In this document: positions 13,029-26,089 of the stretch, one piece after another | Position numbering within the stretch: position 1 is the first letter of the stretch | How the letters are laid out: each line of letters starts with the position of its first letter | Assembly: GCF_036321535.1 (NCBI RefSeq) | Contig: NC_087437.1 | Location: 113,090,001-113,154,000, forward strand | Length of the DNA: 64,000 bases | From: Camelus dromedarius | Lineage: Eukaryota | Direction: 5' to 3' | The notes under the pieces: model-generated | What the model saw: the letters and a program-made list of their open reading frames with translations, nothing else | Told to the model about the DNA's origin: nothing | Databases searched by the model: none | Made by a program: the position numbers and the translations under genes

Positions 13029-13045
13029 AAGTCAAATTTGTTCTT

Positions 13046-13800
13046 CATAAAACCTAGAATGAAATTTCTGAAGCAAAAATCTTATTGGAATCCTTCCCTG
13101 TGATCATCTTCCTTTGACTCCCCACCGCCCATGGGGTAAGGTCCATCCCCCTCAGCATGACCTAGATGAGGTCCTCTATGATGTGGCCCTTTAGCTTCCT
13201 CACTGACCTTTTTCCTCACAAACATCCCGATCCTAAATACCACAGCCATGCAGAGCTATTTGTTCTTACTTTCTGATACGTTCATGCCTCTGCAAATGTT
13301 TTGTTCCCTCTGCTTGGAATGCCCTCCCACCTTTTTCTTCTTTGCAAACTTCTGTTTATCCATTAGTACTCAACTGAGATGTCATCGACTATGAGAAGCT
13401 TTTTCACTTTCTTCAAAGACATTAAAATACTTTTGGGGGGGCTCCTATGATACTCCCTGTGTACCCCCATCACAGGGTTCTATAAATATTTTTCAGAGAA
13501 TTGCTTTCTTCCATGAGTTAACACTTACTCAGTGTTCAGGGTTCAGCCCAAATATTATCTCTTCAAATCCACAAGTCTAAGGTTCGATCCTTTGCTAAGC
13601 TCATTCACAGACCTGAAGCTTTCCTTCAGTGTCCTTATCTCAGTTTGTAATTACCTGCTCATGAATGAAAGTACCTGACTAATGCCCTGCTCCCCTCCAG
13701 ACTGTGAGCCTCAAAAGGGCAGAGATTGAGTTTGTCATTGAATCCCCAGTATCTAGCAGAGTATGCCTGGCACATAGTAGCTGCTCAATAAATATTCAGA
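13046..13800 (+). mobile_element. L2 LINE including its 3' end
   Basis: TTCCCTCTGCTTGGAATGCCCTCCC; AGACTGTGAGCCTC...TGCCTGGCACATAGTAGCTGCTCAATAAATATT. Confidence 0.85.
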
Positions 13801-13859
13801 GCTCCTCCTTCGGGAACCAAGGAGATCAGCAAACCCCTTCTTCTGGAACTCTCTTCTTC

Positions 13860-14290
13860 ATTAGATAGAGTTCTTTTGGCTGCAATGCGTTTTGAAGTTT
13901 AATCCTAAAGGGGACTTATTGGAAGCTTGGCATATCATGTAATTCAGAGAAAAGTTGAAAATTCAACCCAAGTTAAGATAGGAACTGGGCTGCTCTACGA
14001 TGTCTGTCCACCCCAGGAGTTGATAGCTCTTTCCTCTAGAACTTGGCTATTCATGTGGTTAGTTCTCATCCTCTGGTCTCTGTTACTTTCATTCAAATTC
14101 CAAGTTCCCAGAAGAGAGAAACTGATTGGCGCATTTAGGTGAGGGGCAAGCCTTTGCCCCAGTCAGTCCTGAGGGGACAAGCTCATGCAGCACAAACATG
14201 GCTGCCAGCAGCCCAGTCCTTTGGTTCATAGGAAAAAGGGAATCACTGAGAGCAGAAGATGTAGCATTGCTGAGTCAGGTGTGCAACTCA
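13860..14290 (-). mobile_element. Old MaLR LTR (MLT1K/L-like)
   Basis: TTCTTTTGGCTGCAA; AAGTTCCCAGAAGAGAGAAACTGATTGGC; AAACATGGCTGCC. Confidence 0.5.
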
Positions 14291-14477
14291 GTCTCCTGAT
14301 TCATATCTAATATTGTTTCTTCTTTCCTTCTCCCCACTCCTTTATATGCTGTATGTTGGTGGTGGTGGAGCCCACAGAGTGTGGAATTGGGAGAAAGGAC
14401 TGTGATAGAATGAATGGGAGGGGCAAGCATGCAATGGAGTTTGGGACCACTGAACAGTGTGCTTCAGCATCAGCCTC

Positions 14478-14890
14478 TGCATTGATTACGACAACTCTAG
14501 CTGCTGTAAAACCAAAATCAAGAATATATTAGGGCTTAAACATCACAGAAGTTTCTTTCTTGCTCTCCTAAAATCTTCAGTGTGTTCCTGATCTGCTGGT
14601 ACCTCTCCTCCAAGAAATGATGTGGGACTAGGCTCCTTCCGTGTTGTGGTTTTTCCACATTCAATTTACAGAGCTGTCCAGGCCACTGCGTCATCTGCAT
14701 CTAGTCAGTGAAGAGAGCAGAGCAAGGAGGAGCACACCTGGAAGTGATGCCCAACACTTCTGCTCACATCCCACTGGCCAGAACTTGGTCACATGCCCCA
14801 TCTAACCCCAAGGGAGGCTGGGAAATACAGTGAATCTGTGAGTCCTGGGAAGAAAAGGAATCAAGTTTGATAAGCTGCTAGCCCACCTAC
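14478..14890 (-). mobile_element. MLT1J-like MaLR LTR
   Basis: CTAGCTGCTGTAAAA...CACTTCTGCTCACATCCCACTGGCCAGAACTTGGTCACATG...GGAGGCTGGGAAAT. Confidence 0.75.
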
Positions 14891-15089
14891 TAATGGTTAG
14901 CTGGATGTGACTTTTGGTTGTTTTTCCTGGGAAGTGGGTAAATGTGCTTGTGCCTCTATGTTCTGCATGGTGTTACCCAGGGGGCATATCTGGATGCACA
15001 GGAAGGTCAATGCGTGTTAGTGTTGGGCAGCGAAAGGGTGGAACTTCCTGGGAATTGGTCAGCTATGTTATGATTTCCCTCTCTTTGGA

Positions 15090-15470
15090 AACTGCCCCCC
15101 TAATCTGTAAGATTGGGTCCCCATTCACTTTGCTGATACTACATGCCCTCGCCACCTAGTCACAATTGTTTGCCACAGGACTAGGCACCTGACCAGCCAA
15201 TTAGATCCTCTCTTCTAGGAATTTGAAATTTGATCAGAGATTCAATCTTGGAGGTTGGCTCTGGAGTCATCTTCATGGTGACCTCATGGACCAGACTCTC
15301 AATCCCCTGCAGGGGAAGGCCCTGGGGAGCTGTGGCTCTGGTCTTCCCACGGCCGGTTGCTCATGGATTCTTTGAATGGGGGCATTGTTTCCATCAAATT
15401 ATTTTATGTCTAAGTCACTCAAATTTGTGAGTATTTTTTCAACCAAAATAATTTTAATCAATAAACAAAT
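15090..15470 (+). mobile_element. Old ERVL/MaLR-class LTR fragment (LTR16/MLT1-like)
   Basis: GGCACCTGACCAGCCAATTAGATCCTCTCTTCTAGGAATTTGAA; 3' TTCAACCAAAATAATTTTAATCAATA. Confidence 0.4.
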
Positions 15471-16000
15471 CTAATGTTTATCTGATCTTGGGCAAATCAC
15501 GCCAACAGTCACAGACTTCCCATTAAAAAATAAGGATTTTTTTTTCCTGCCCTGTTTATCTCTTGGGACTATTAAATGGAATCAAGTACACGAAGTGCTT
15601 CAAAAACTGTGAAAAGCCATACAAATGTAAGTGGGGCTATTTGTCTAAAGCAAGAATAGTTTCAAGAGATTCTCCAAGTATGAAATAGAAGGTTTTCTTT
15701 CTTTTTTAACTTTAATTGCTTTGTGGTCAATTCCTCTCAAGTACAGGAAATCTCCATAGTTAGAGGGTTACTTTTCTTTTGCTGGATATTTAATACTTTG
15801 ATTGTTTCTGACACTGAAATTACCCATTATGGTGTTTCCTTTGCCAAACCAAACTCAATTTTTGTATTATTGCTGTTTGGGGCCATAGTTAGCAGCTCTC
15901 TTTGAGAGTCTGAACCAAGCAGTTATTCCCAACCCCATCATACCCATTGCCTTCTTTTTGTAACAAATCTCACGCCCCCTGTACTCTTCTGGAATGTAAT

Positions 16001-16428
16001 TGAATGAGTTTTCTAGGGCCACCATGACAAAGTACCATAGACTGGGTGGCTTCAAAACCAGAAATTCATTGTCTCACAGTTCTGGAGGCTAGAAGTCAAA
16101 AATCAAGGTGTTGGCAGGGTTGGTTTCTTCTGAAGGCTGTAAAGAAAAATGTGTTTCTTGCCTCATAACTTAGCTTGAGGAGGGCTCTCTTCTTCTTGTG
16201 TCTCTTTATATTGTCTTTCCTCTGTGTGTGTCTCCATGTCCAAATTTCCCCCTTTCAATAAGCACATCAGTCATTTTGGATTAGAGTCCATCCTAATGAC
16301 CTAATATTAACTTGATTATTTCTCTAAAGACCCTAGTTCCAAATAAGATCACATTCTGAGGTATGGAGCTTAGGACTTTAACATATAAATTTGGATGGAG
16401 GGATGGAGACACAATTCGACCCTTAACA
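16001..16428 (-). mobile_element. MLT1 (MLT1B/C-like) MaLR solo LTR
   Basis: ACAAAGTACCATAGACTGGGTGGCTT...CACAGTTCTGGAGGCTAGAAGTC...GACACAATTCGACCCTTAACA; TSD gtaat/gaaat. Confidence 0.92.
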
Positions 16429-16849
16429 GAAATGAATCATACAATCTTCCTAACTGCATTATATTTAAAAGGTCAACATAATTGTCTGACTTAAAAATAA
16501 ATAGGAAGTAATTTGATAACAAAATAGTATGTGCTTCCATAGGTAAATGCTCAGGTAGGAATAAGATAGAACATATAATGCTGGATACTTGGGGCTCAGT
16601 GCAACCTCTCTGTGAAAGCAGGAGATATGAAAGCAGCCTTTCACAGGTGAGCTGTGCTGAGACTCAGATACCATAGGCATTGCTGTTGGTGACATGGTGT
16701 CCCAAATGGTGATTCACTCTTGGTAAACTAAACACAGTCTTCCTTTGATTTACATGGGAGTCTCATTCCTGGAAACTTCAGTGTATTTTAAACCTTTCAA
16801 GAAATACTTTGCGTTTGTATTTAAAACAGAACAGAGTTTTTAGCTACAC

Positions 16850-17041
16850 AAAGCTCTGGGGGAACACTTGAAAATCAGGGAGGATGAGAGAGAATTCTTT
16901 ATTACAGGGGCATGTCCATGCATTGCAGGATGTCAACCATTCATGGCTTCTACCAAATAAATATCAGTAGGACACCCTCAGTCGTTGAGACAAAAATACC
17001 ATACAAAGTTCTATGATGGTTCTGACTCACTGGGAACCATG
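16850..17041. mobile_element. MER20-like hAT MITE
   Basis: GGGGCATGTCCATGCATTGCAGGATGT...CTACCAAATAAATATCAGTAG...GGGAACCATG. Confidence 0.6.
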
Positions 17042-17389
17042 GGAGGAGAGAGGGCTTTAAACAGCACAAGAGAAGCAACTACAAAGATGAGAATGGAGTG
17101 AGAGGCAATTGGGGGCTCCAAGCTGAAGGGACCACGTCCATCTTCCAGCCAGACATGCAGCATCCCAGATCAGAGAGGGCAGGACAAGACACAGCAACCA
17201 CTGCTCTCCGGCCTGTCGTTTCCTATGCCTACATGTGACTTGGAAGTCCCACCTCTTCTTTCTTATAATGAATCGTATTCAGCATAGTGGTTGATGCCCA
17301 GCTGGCATCCAAACCATGTTTGTTGGGTATTATCTCAAACTGAGATTGGATGAGTGGAAGTGAGGAAGTTCAGTTTTTAAATTTTATGT

Positions 17390-17700
17390 TTGTTTGTTCA
17401 TTCACATATTCCTTTGAACAGTTATTGAACTATGAGTTGGCATTGTGCTAATTCCTGGAAAAATCCACCAGCAAGAGACAGTCCCTGACTTCAAAGAGTG
17501 TACAGTCTAATGAGGGAGGGAGACACACGAGAGACACATGAGCAAGTACATTTCACTACAGTGTAAATTAAGTATTGAGTACTCAGGAACATGGAAGGAT
17601 GGGCACTGCACTCAGGCTGGGGTGTGGGGTGTGTGTGATCAGGGAATTCTAGCCAAATATCAGAGGTGACCGAAGGGGTGGCCCAGGGAATCATTTGCTG
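17390..17700 (-). mobile_element. L2 LINE 3' end
   Basis: TTCATTCAC...TTATTGAAC...GGCATTGTGCTA...AGACAGTCCCTGACTTCAAAGAGTGTACAGTCTAATGAGGGAG. Confidence 0.7.
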
Positions 17701-20029
17701 CTGGGGTACTACTTTCCTTCTCAGTGGGGATAGAAGATGGTGGGGAAATGGAATGGGAGCCCCAGTTTTGCAGATAGAATACAAGTCTTGGGATGGGGAG
17801 CTGGGTGAGGTGTGTCCACTTGTGCCCCATTATAGATCCAGGTCCCACCCAAACTTCAGCCCACATCTGGAGCTTTCACAGTCTCCCTGCCTCACTTATA
17901 TCCCTTTTCCTCTTCTTTTGTGACCCTTCTTAACTCTGTTTTCTGGCTGTAAACTCTTCTCTGAACAGCGGAGAACAAATATTCAGGGGTTATGGATTCT
18001 GGGGGTTCAATCTGTATTAAGCTTTGAGGAAGCTGATCCTCTGAGGGAGTAGCAACAGGCCCCTTATCCCCTAGGCCCATCTTCTGGAGCTCCTACCTAC
18101 AAAGCAGCTGGTACAACGTGCCATACCCTCTGGTGTGTCCTCTGAGGAGTGGGCAGGGACCTCGCCCTCTTTGGACCTACTCCACCTCCTATCAGTCCTT
18201 CCCTCAGTGGCCCATGCTCCCAGCTGTGTTCACCGTCATGGACATTTTCATCCATGTCCAACCTTCTAACAAGGAGTTCCGCATTCCGGCTAGAATATGG
18301 GAATGGAGGCATGCTTAAATGCACTCCTAATGTCAACAAGAAGAACCAAATTAAACAGAAAAGCTTCTGAGTGGGGTCCAGAGCCTCAATAAAACATCTT
18401 TGTATTGGAGCTGGGAAGAAGGCTTTGATGAAGGGAACAAATGGGGGAAATGTGGTCCCTGCTCACCCTCCCTGAATCTGAAGGCAGTGTAAACACTTCC
18501 AGGCATTAATTCTAGCCAAGGAAAGAGGCTAAGCAGTTGTCTGGAGCCAAAGACTGCCAGGAGTAATAAGAAAACCCTTTAAGTGAGTTTTCTCCATCTG
18601 TTTAGTTTCTTATGCTGAAAAAAGGAGGAAAAATATAAATAAATGATTCAGAGAAATGTCACATGCAATTACCTCCACTGTGGAAAAATAAACAAGGCTT
18701 CACTTCATTAGCAAGGTTCTCATGTGACCAGTACCTTCTGGTGGGTACTTCTCCCGGCTGGAGATCTTCAAACTTACGAGCTTCCAAGTTGGCTTGCTCG
18801 AGCTCAACTTCAGCTGAAACTTGGCTCCAGCATCCGGGCAGGGCCATCTGTAGGGGTATCCATCCCACTGGGCATTTCCTTCTCTCCTCAGTCACGTTAT
18901 CCAAAGATGAAACCAGGTTAAAGGGAGCATCTGGGTAGTCTGGAAGATGAGAAGTCAGTAAAGACCCTGGCCTGAGGGTGTGCTGGTGTAGGAAGGCGGG
19001 GCTTTCTCTATGGGTGTCCATGCCAGCCTTCCACGTTTTTTAGTACCAACTGCACTAACCAGCTTCCAGTCCCCCAGGGGCTCCCCTGGGATGGTTGAGA
19101 GCCAATTACAGCATGGCCCCAGTTGGCAAACACTTTGATGTGCCATGCCCTTGGCATTGATTCTGCCCAACATTAGAGCAAAGGAAGTCAATTTGCACCT
19201 TTAACTTAAAAATTCAGTTCTTCTAAGATGGTGAGAGTGTGTTTGTTCATGTCAGCCTCCAGCTAAACTTGTAAGTCTCCGGCAGAACCAGGGAAATTTG
19301 TCACTCAACAATCTCCATGAAAACAATGTCCTTTAAAAAAAAAAAAAAAAAAAACTCTCTGCAGAGCACTGAGCCCAGGGTCTTCCATGCCTGGGTCTTC
19401 AGTGAACAGGATTTGGAAATGGGGGGTGTTAAGTGGCAATTGCATCCTGTGCTCCCACCTCTGTCCCCACCTGCACCCCAAGCAGGTGACACACCACTGG
19501 ATTTTCAGAAGAAGCCAAGGCCACGTACCATCAGCAACGTCAACTTTTCTTTTCCATACATGATAGCTTTTCTAGAGTTTTCATTCTCTTTTTCCTTCTT
19601 ATTCGCTCTTATCTCAGAGGAAGGGAGAGGGGTGTATGTGTTCATCTCTCTACAGATAAGACCCTAACTGATCAGTCACATCTGCTCTTTCTCATTTGAA
19701 ATCTTCCCCCAACAATTTATTCCATTAAATTTTTTTCCTCCTTTTTAAAGTACTGCCTTCTTCATCTTTGTCTACAGAAGTCTCTGGTTTTCCCTTCACA
19801 CCTCAAACTTGGCTTATCTACAGATGCATTTTTTTTCCTTTTTACTGCATGAAACCAATCAGTCCTTTCAGTGGTAGAACATTCTCTCATGTAACTGAAA
19901 CCAAATTTTTGAGTCATTGTGGATTTATCTGCCTTTCTTGCCTGTATCTTGAATTCAGCCCTTCTTTCTCGTCACTGTAACAAACCCAACTCGGGTCCTT
20001 AATATCTCGCATTGGGGATACAATAATCG

Positions 20030-20250
20030 TGACTGTTAACGTTGATTACTTGACGGGCGCTGAGCTGCATGCTTTATATGCATTATCTCATCCTTCATTT
20101 ACATCATATGAAGCTCCTTCTGTTATTAACCCTTTTTTGAAATGGGGAAACTGAGACTTAGTTGATGAAGTAACTTCCTCAATGTCAGTAGAGTTGACAA
20201 GTGGGAGAGCCAGGATTCACATGCAAGTCTGTGACCCCCCGAGCCTGAGC
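20030..20250 (-). mobile_element. MIR SINE
   Basis: GCTTTATATGCATTATCTCAT...ATGGGGAAACTGAGACTTAG...AAGTAACTT...GAGCCAGGATTCA. Confidence 0.8.
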
Positions 20251-20299
20251 GTCAGAGTGGTGACCCCAGGCTCACTGCTGGGGCTGTTTCTTAATCTGT

Positions 20300-20792
20300 C
20301 GCATAACAGGTTTTCCTGCGCTTTGTCTAGACCTTCTTCACTGTGACCAGAATCATCTACCTAACGCATCAATAAGACCGCGCCTTCCCCGACTCAAAAT
20401 TTCTCTTTGGCTCTTCATCGTCTGCAGGATCAAGTTCAAACACCTTAGCTTGACACTGATAGTCCCAGTTCCACCAGGAGGCTCACAACTCTCCTCTTAG
20501 AGAAGGCTCCTTCTTAGCTCTACCGACTGAAGTCTTAACTCTCCTCCGAAGTCCAGCACAAGTGTGATCTCCTCCGCGGAATATTTTCTGGCCACACTAA
20601 CTGGAAAGGTTGTTCTCTTTGCTTGAGCTCCCATTGTGCTTAATTTGGGTCTCTCTCACGGTGCCTGTGTTCTGGACTAATTCAAAATAATACAGTTACT
20701 TGCATGCATGTCTTAGTTACAGTCTTGAAGTCAGGGATGTTTATTTTTTGTGGCCCTTACAACATCTGTCAAAATGTCTCACACAAAGGAAG
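20300..20792 (+). mobile_element. L2 LINE fossil
   Basis: CACTGTGACCAGAATCATCT...CAGGATCAAGTTCAAACACCTTAGCTTG. Confidence 0.6.
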
Positions 20793-20888
20793 TGTATTCA
20801 TTCAGCTAACACTGGCTGCTGTAACAGGCACCCCAAATATTGGTGGTTTGATACAATGAAAGTTTGTTTCTCACTCATGTAATGTTCT
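20793..20888 (-). mobile_element. MLT1J-like LTR fragment
   Basis: TGTATTCATTCAG...GGCTGCTGTAACA...GAAAGTTTGTTTCTCACTCATGTAA. Confidence 0.55.
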
Positions 20889-20899
20889 CCACTGGGGGA

Positions 20900-23000
20900 T
20901 GCATTCCTCCTCTTGAGTTCAGGGTGATACGACAAATTGCAAATTATGTGAGCTTAGCTAAGTGGGTTTATGGTTTCTACTATCTTGTTTCAACAAAGCG
21001 AACACCCCCAAAGCTGGCAAGTGGGCTTTAAATGAACCTGTAGAGAAGGTTACAGGCAATACTAGTAATGAAAACAGTGATGAACGATTAGAAAGATGTC
21101 AGGGCCAACCCTTCTTCTGATGCAAGCTCTTTCTTGGCCGCATCATGAGGCAAAACAATGATAATCTTATCAGTTCTGGCAACAAATCACATATACACAC
21201 ACAAAAAACTGACATGAACAACAACAAAAAAAGCTTCTTGAAATATGAATTTATATCGTCTACCAGTAACAGTGCAACTCAAGTAAATGCATATTGCAGC
21301 TTGGGTTATCACTAAAGCTGATATGAAGCCAACACGATTTGCAAACATTTAAAAACTTACTATCCAGAATATGAAGGTACATTTCTACTTTTAAAAATGT
21401 TCAGAGCCATTTACTACTCAATCCAGTGTGTTACAAAAATCATAATAAATTTGATGATAAATGTTTAGAAGCCCCTTAAGAGCTTGTTTAAGTTTTGTAT
21501 TTAATAGTAAGTTTCTTATTTAATAGTAAATGGGGGAAAGGCTACTATGAAGGAAACATTTATTATGGTGACAACAGCTCGAGAATAATGCATAGAACAC
21601 AAATTGGTGACTAAACTAAAATGCATTCCTTGGTCAGCAAATACTGCTGGAAGATGCCTTGAAAACATCACTGAAGGTTTGAAGAAACAAGTACTAGGAG
21701 AAATTAGGCAGTGTGGGTGGTTTACTACACAGCTGGATTGAAGTACAGATGTTTCTGACGTTCTCAGCCTATGGAATTTGCTAATTCTATTCAGTAATGG
21801 AATATATCCAGGACTACTTTCTTTGTGAACCTCTAAAAGAAAGATAGACTGGAGAAGATATTTTTAATGCCAAATGACTTCTGTAATAAGAACAATGTTT
21901 TATAAGAAAATTATATTAGAATAACCCTTGATGTGGCAACCAATCTGACCAGAATATAAAAGGAAGCCCAGGGTAACTTTACAGAGATAGATCCAAGGGT
22001 GATTTTCATTTACTGCTCCCTTTATAGGCAACCTATCATTAGGAAGGTCATTGCCGGGGGGTACAGAGTTTTAGTGGATGACATTAATGGGGATAATTTT
22101 CAAAACACAGCATAGTACTAAACACAAAAAAAACTTTAAAATATGTAAGACTCTTTAGAATATCTTGTAGTGGAAGGGAAAGCAGTTGTGAACATGGTTT
22201 GTATCACACAGAGGTTTACTGCTTCTCTTTTGTAAAACACTTCAAAGGGTTTCCAACTTACAGATGGGACATTCAGTACTTTTACCGTAAGACTAGGCTT
22301 GCAAATTCATAGTTTCTGAGATGTATGGCTGTCAGTGGTTTGCTAGCTGGCAGATATTTTTAAAGTAATAGATCAACATCATCTGTGAAGGTAAAGTTCA
22401 CATTTTAACTTTGAGTAAGGACGTGACCGATCTGATTCTCAAGAGTAAATCATGCTACGCATTACTGGTGTTGAAAATGAGGTGTTAGCTGTAAAAACTC
22501 GTATCTGTATATGAAAAAATGGACAATGTTTTTAACTGATTTAAAAAATCCTTCAGAGGAAGTATTTCAGTGAGTTTTTAACCTATTTGTTAAAAATATT
22601 AAAAAGTCAATGTCTTCTGATTAGCTTGCAAGAAAAATTCTGTTAAATCAGGAAAAAAAGAAACTGACTAGCACAATTTCAAGAAAAACTTTGTTATGGT
22701 TGGTACAAAGGATCGGATAACGAGCGTCCAGACCCAGTAAGTACAAACAGACGCTCACGTCCTCCGTTCGGTTCTCTCATATTTGGGCAGTCACATTTTT
22801 GTCCATGACAGGCAGTAAAATCACGTCTCTAAAACCAGACTTTTGCGGTTTCACGAAGTATAAAGCTAAGACTTGCAAAAATAATGAGGTATATGAATCA
22901 TCCATCTTTCGTTAAAGAAATACTATAGGCACCCTTTCATCATCAGTCTCTGTTCTAAGGGACACAAGTGACAATGCTGAATTCAGTTTATAAAACTCTT
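20900..23000 (+). pseudogene. Decayed Charlie/Buster-family hAT transposase (autonomous DNA transposon fossil)
   Basis: Frameshifted hand translation gives MKPTRF (~21323), KLKCIPWSANTAGRCLENITEGLKKQVL...QLD*STDVS (21613-21756), FLCEPLKER*TGEDIF, FIYCSLYRQ (CxxH site), LYHTEV (~22200), WLSVVC*LADIF, collinear with Buster-type transposases. Confidence 0.88.
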
Positions 23001-23709
23001 CCAAGTATGGGCCACGTGTGATCTTGGCATTACTCACCAGGTGATGGCAGGAACATGAGCGAAAACAAAAGTTTCTGAGTGATTTGAGGAATTTGAATGA
23101 TGGGTTTCAAACTGGGGACAAGCTTACCTGTGCTGAATTGGAAGAGAAGCTGGTTAAGAAGAAATACCTAGTAATGTGTCCTGCACCCACTCGACATTTA
23201 TTGGTTCTCCACCACGTGGCAGACGCGCTGTGGGTACAGACACCCAAGACCAGGCGCTGCCCTCAAAGAACTTAAGATTCCAGATTCCACCCATGACCCA
23301 ACATGATGGTCACGCCAAAGGGCTGACAAAGAATCTTTCCTCCTCTTCTCTCCTCACTTTCCTTAGTTTGGATTCTTTCGGAAAATGTCTTAACTCCGTC
23401 TCTCCTCCAAATTCCTGTCCCTGTGCTTTGGTTTCCCCGACGGGAGCTAGAGAAAGCTCTGCCATTCTAGAATCTTGACATTTTGCCCTAATTGGTTAAG
23501 AATCTCCTAACAGTTCAGTTAATCTCATCCGCTTTCAACCTGAATCTTCTTATAACATAGAGATTTATACCCCTTGGCTCTTTTTTCATTCTCCTCACAG
23601 CTTCTTATTAAAATCCCTTCTTGAAGCCGTTGACAGCTTTCTCTTATCTTCCTCTGGTAGGAAAAGAGAGTGACACGTTGTTAAATTGGCATAAAGGGAC
23701 ATGGCAATA

Positions 23710-23930
23710 AGCAACCATGACTTATGAGCATTGACTGTGTTCTAGGTAGTGGGCTGAGCACTTTACATGCATTATTTAATTTAATCTTCTCTCTGACCTT
23801 TGAATCTCACTGGGGAAAATTCAGGCTCCGGGGGTTATTTAGCTGGCCCCAAGTCACCCAGCTAGAAAGGCATAGCCCATCTTTATGCGATGCCAAAGCC
23901 CACGGTCTAACCATTATGCTGCCGCATCTT
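23710..23930 (-). mobile_element. MIR SINE
   Basis: TTATGAGCATTGACTGTGTTCTAGG...GCACTTTACATGCATTATTTAATTTAATCTTC...CCCAAGTCACCCAGCTAG. Confidence 0.75.
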
Positions 23931-24269
23931 CTTTAACTGTACAGCAGCCCTAAAACAATCTCACACACAACACTTAAATTAGTTCAATCAGCCAACAAAT
24001 ATACATCATCTAATGATGAGATGCTCCCAGAGTCCTCCACCATCCAACCAGTGCGTCATGGTTGTGCAATTCAAATGTGCAGGAAAACAGGCTTCAGTGT
24101 TACAAATGCTGCCCTTGACATCCTTATTAGTCTCCAGGGGGCAGGGCCCCCCTCTCTGCTTTTTTCTTTTCCACTTCCCTTTTACTCTTCTTTGTGGCCA
24201 CACCAAACTGTGCGCACAGCTGAGCTGGGCTAAGCCAGTCCACGATGACCAGCCTCTAGAGCTGCTGCA

Positions 24270-24590
24270 CTTTCTGCCTCCAGCACTGCCCTCCTTCCCT
24301 GCCTGCTTCTTGACCCCTATTGATCCTCCTCAAGATCTGGCTCAAGGTTCCATCCTCCCTGAGGCTGTGCCTGAGACCAGCTGGCCAGCTCCCAGCAGAG
24401 TGGATCGCCGTCCTCAGTGACCACACATCTCTGCTAGCACACGCTGACCTCACTCTTCCTGTCCATCACCCTGCCACACAGAGACAGAGGCTGTGTCTGT
24501 TCAGTGATTCATCCCCGTACCTACCACAGCATCTGGCACTGGGAGGTGGCTAATTAGTGTCATTTGATTGAATGGAGGAAGGACTGAAGG
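24270..24590 (+). mobile_element. L2 LINE 3' end
   Basis: CTCAAGATCTGGCTCAAGG...GACAGAGGCTGTGTCTGTTCA...TCCCCGTACCTACCACAGCATCTGGCAC...TTTGATTGAATG. Confidence 0.7.
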
Positions 24591-25052
24591 AACCAAAAGA
24601 AAGTATGGAATGGGGGCAGGGATGAGAGGATCTGGGAAGTCTGACCACCTCTGTGGCTGGAACGGTTATGCATTCCAGAATTTTGCACAGACACTCAAAT
24701 ACAATTCAGCCAGCCAGTGTGGGTGGTGTCTTGGAGCAGGGGAAGAAGAGGAGAGAGATCTCCCCTAAGTATCCGCCAGTGTTGGGACCCCCCACAACTT
24801 GGCCTGATCCACCAACTTCAACCCAAAGCCAGGAATTCCAAGAAAACATCCAAGTCCCCTGTACACGGTCCCAGCCCCAAACAACAAGACCATTGTTTTT
24901 AGGATCTAGGACACTGTGGAAAAATAAAGGGGAAAAATGAGCTGATCACACACCTAAAAGTAACATTTTCCTGGGGTGAAATGTGGAGCTGGCTAGCTCA
25001 TAGAACAAAAGATCATAGAGTGCACGAACTGTAGGCAGTGAGGAGAGGGCAG

Positions 25053-25515
25053 TGTACTAGTTTCCAATTGCTGCTATAACAAGTTACGACAAACTTAGTG
25101 GCGTAAAACAACACAAACGTATTTCCTTACAGTTCTGGAGCTCAGAAATCTGAAATCAAGGTGTTGGCAGGGCTGCCTTCCTTCCGGAGGCTCCAGGGGA
25201 GAATCTGTTTCCTTGCCTTTTCCAGCTGCTATAGACCATCTACATTCCTTAGCTCATGGCCCCTTCCTCCATCTTCAAAGTGCATCCCTCACACCCTGCT
25301 TCTATCCTCTCATTCTGATCCTTCTGCCAACCTCTTTTAGGGACCCTTGAGATTATATTGGGCCCACCAAAATTATTTGGGAGGATCTTCCCATCTCAAG
25401 ATCCTTAAAGTTATCACATCTGCAAAGTCTCATTTACCATGCAGACAACATTTTTTACAGGTTCTCAGGATTAGGATGTGGACATCTTTGGGGGGCCATT
25501 ATTCCACCAACGACA
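25053..25515 (-). mobile_element. MLT1C/D-like MaLR solo LTR
   Basis: TGTACTAGTTTCCAATTGCTGCTATAACAAGTTACGACAAACTTAGTGGC...GGATTAGGATGTGGACATCTTTGGGGGGCCATTATTC. Confidence 0.92.
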
Positions 25516-25887
25516 GAGGTAAAGAGGAAGGTTCAAGAGCCTGTGTTCCAAGAAACTTTTTTTTGTAAAGAAAAAAAGGAAGAATAGTCTAATTAACCAA
25601 CTGAATACAGCCTTCAGTAGAAAAGAAAAAAATCAATTAAATATTTATTTTGGCTTACTTTTGAACAAAGCAGGGGAAATTCATTTAATGTATAAATAAC
25701 CAAATTAACTCTAGTTGAACTGCATCTCTTCCTTTGACTAGCTCTGTGAGTTATTTAATTTCCCTGACCCTAGATTTTCTATCAAAACAGGAATTCTGAT
25801 AACTTATCTCACCAACTGTTGAGAATGGGAGAATTTAAATAAATCATACAAAGCACAAAAAATTAATTCCATTTCTTTAACCCTAAC

Positions 25888-25925
25888 ATATCTTAATTCT
25901 ACTAAATATATCTTAATTCTACTAA
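25888..25925. repeat. Tandem micro-duplication (18-bp perfect repeat, 20-bp period)
   Basis: ATATCTTAATTCTACTAA at 25888 and 25908. Confidence 0.9.
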
Positions 25926-26089
25926 TTAAAAAATGTGGATATGCATATCCATTTGCCTCAAAACCCAGAAGATGCACACAGAACATAAAGGGTCAACTGA
26001 GATAGAACTACAACAAGTAGATTCACTGACATTGAACACAGAATAGAATTCTCAAGAACATTTCCTGATATTTTAAATACATAGCTATA

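Noticed and set aside
20900..23000. Domesticated transposase gene (ZBED/SCAND-like)
   Set aside because: Numerous stops and frameshifts, including at conserved motifs
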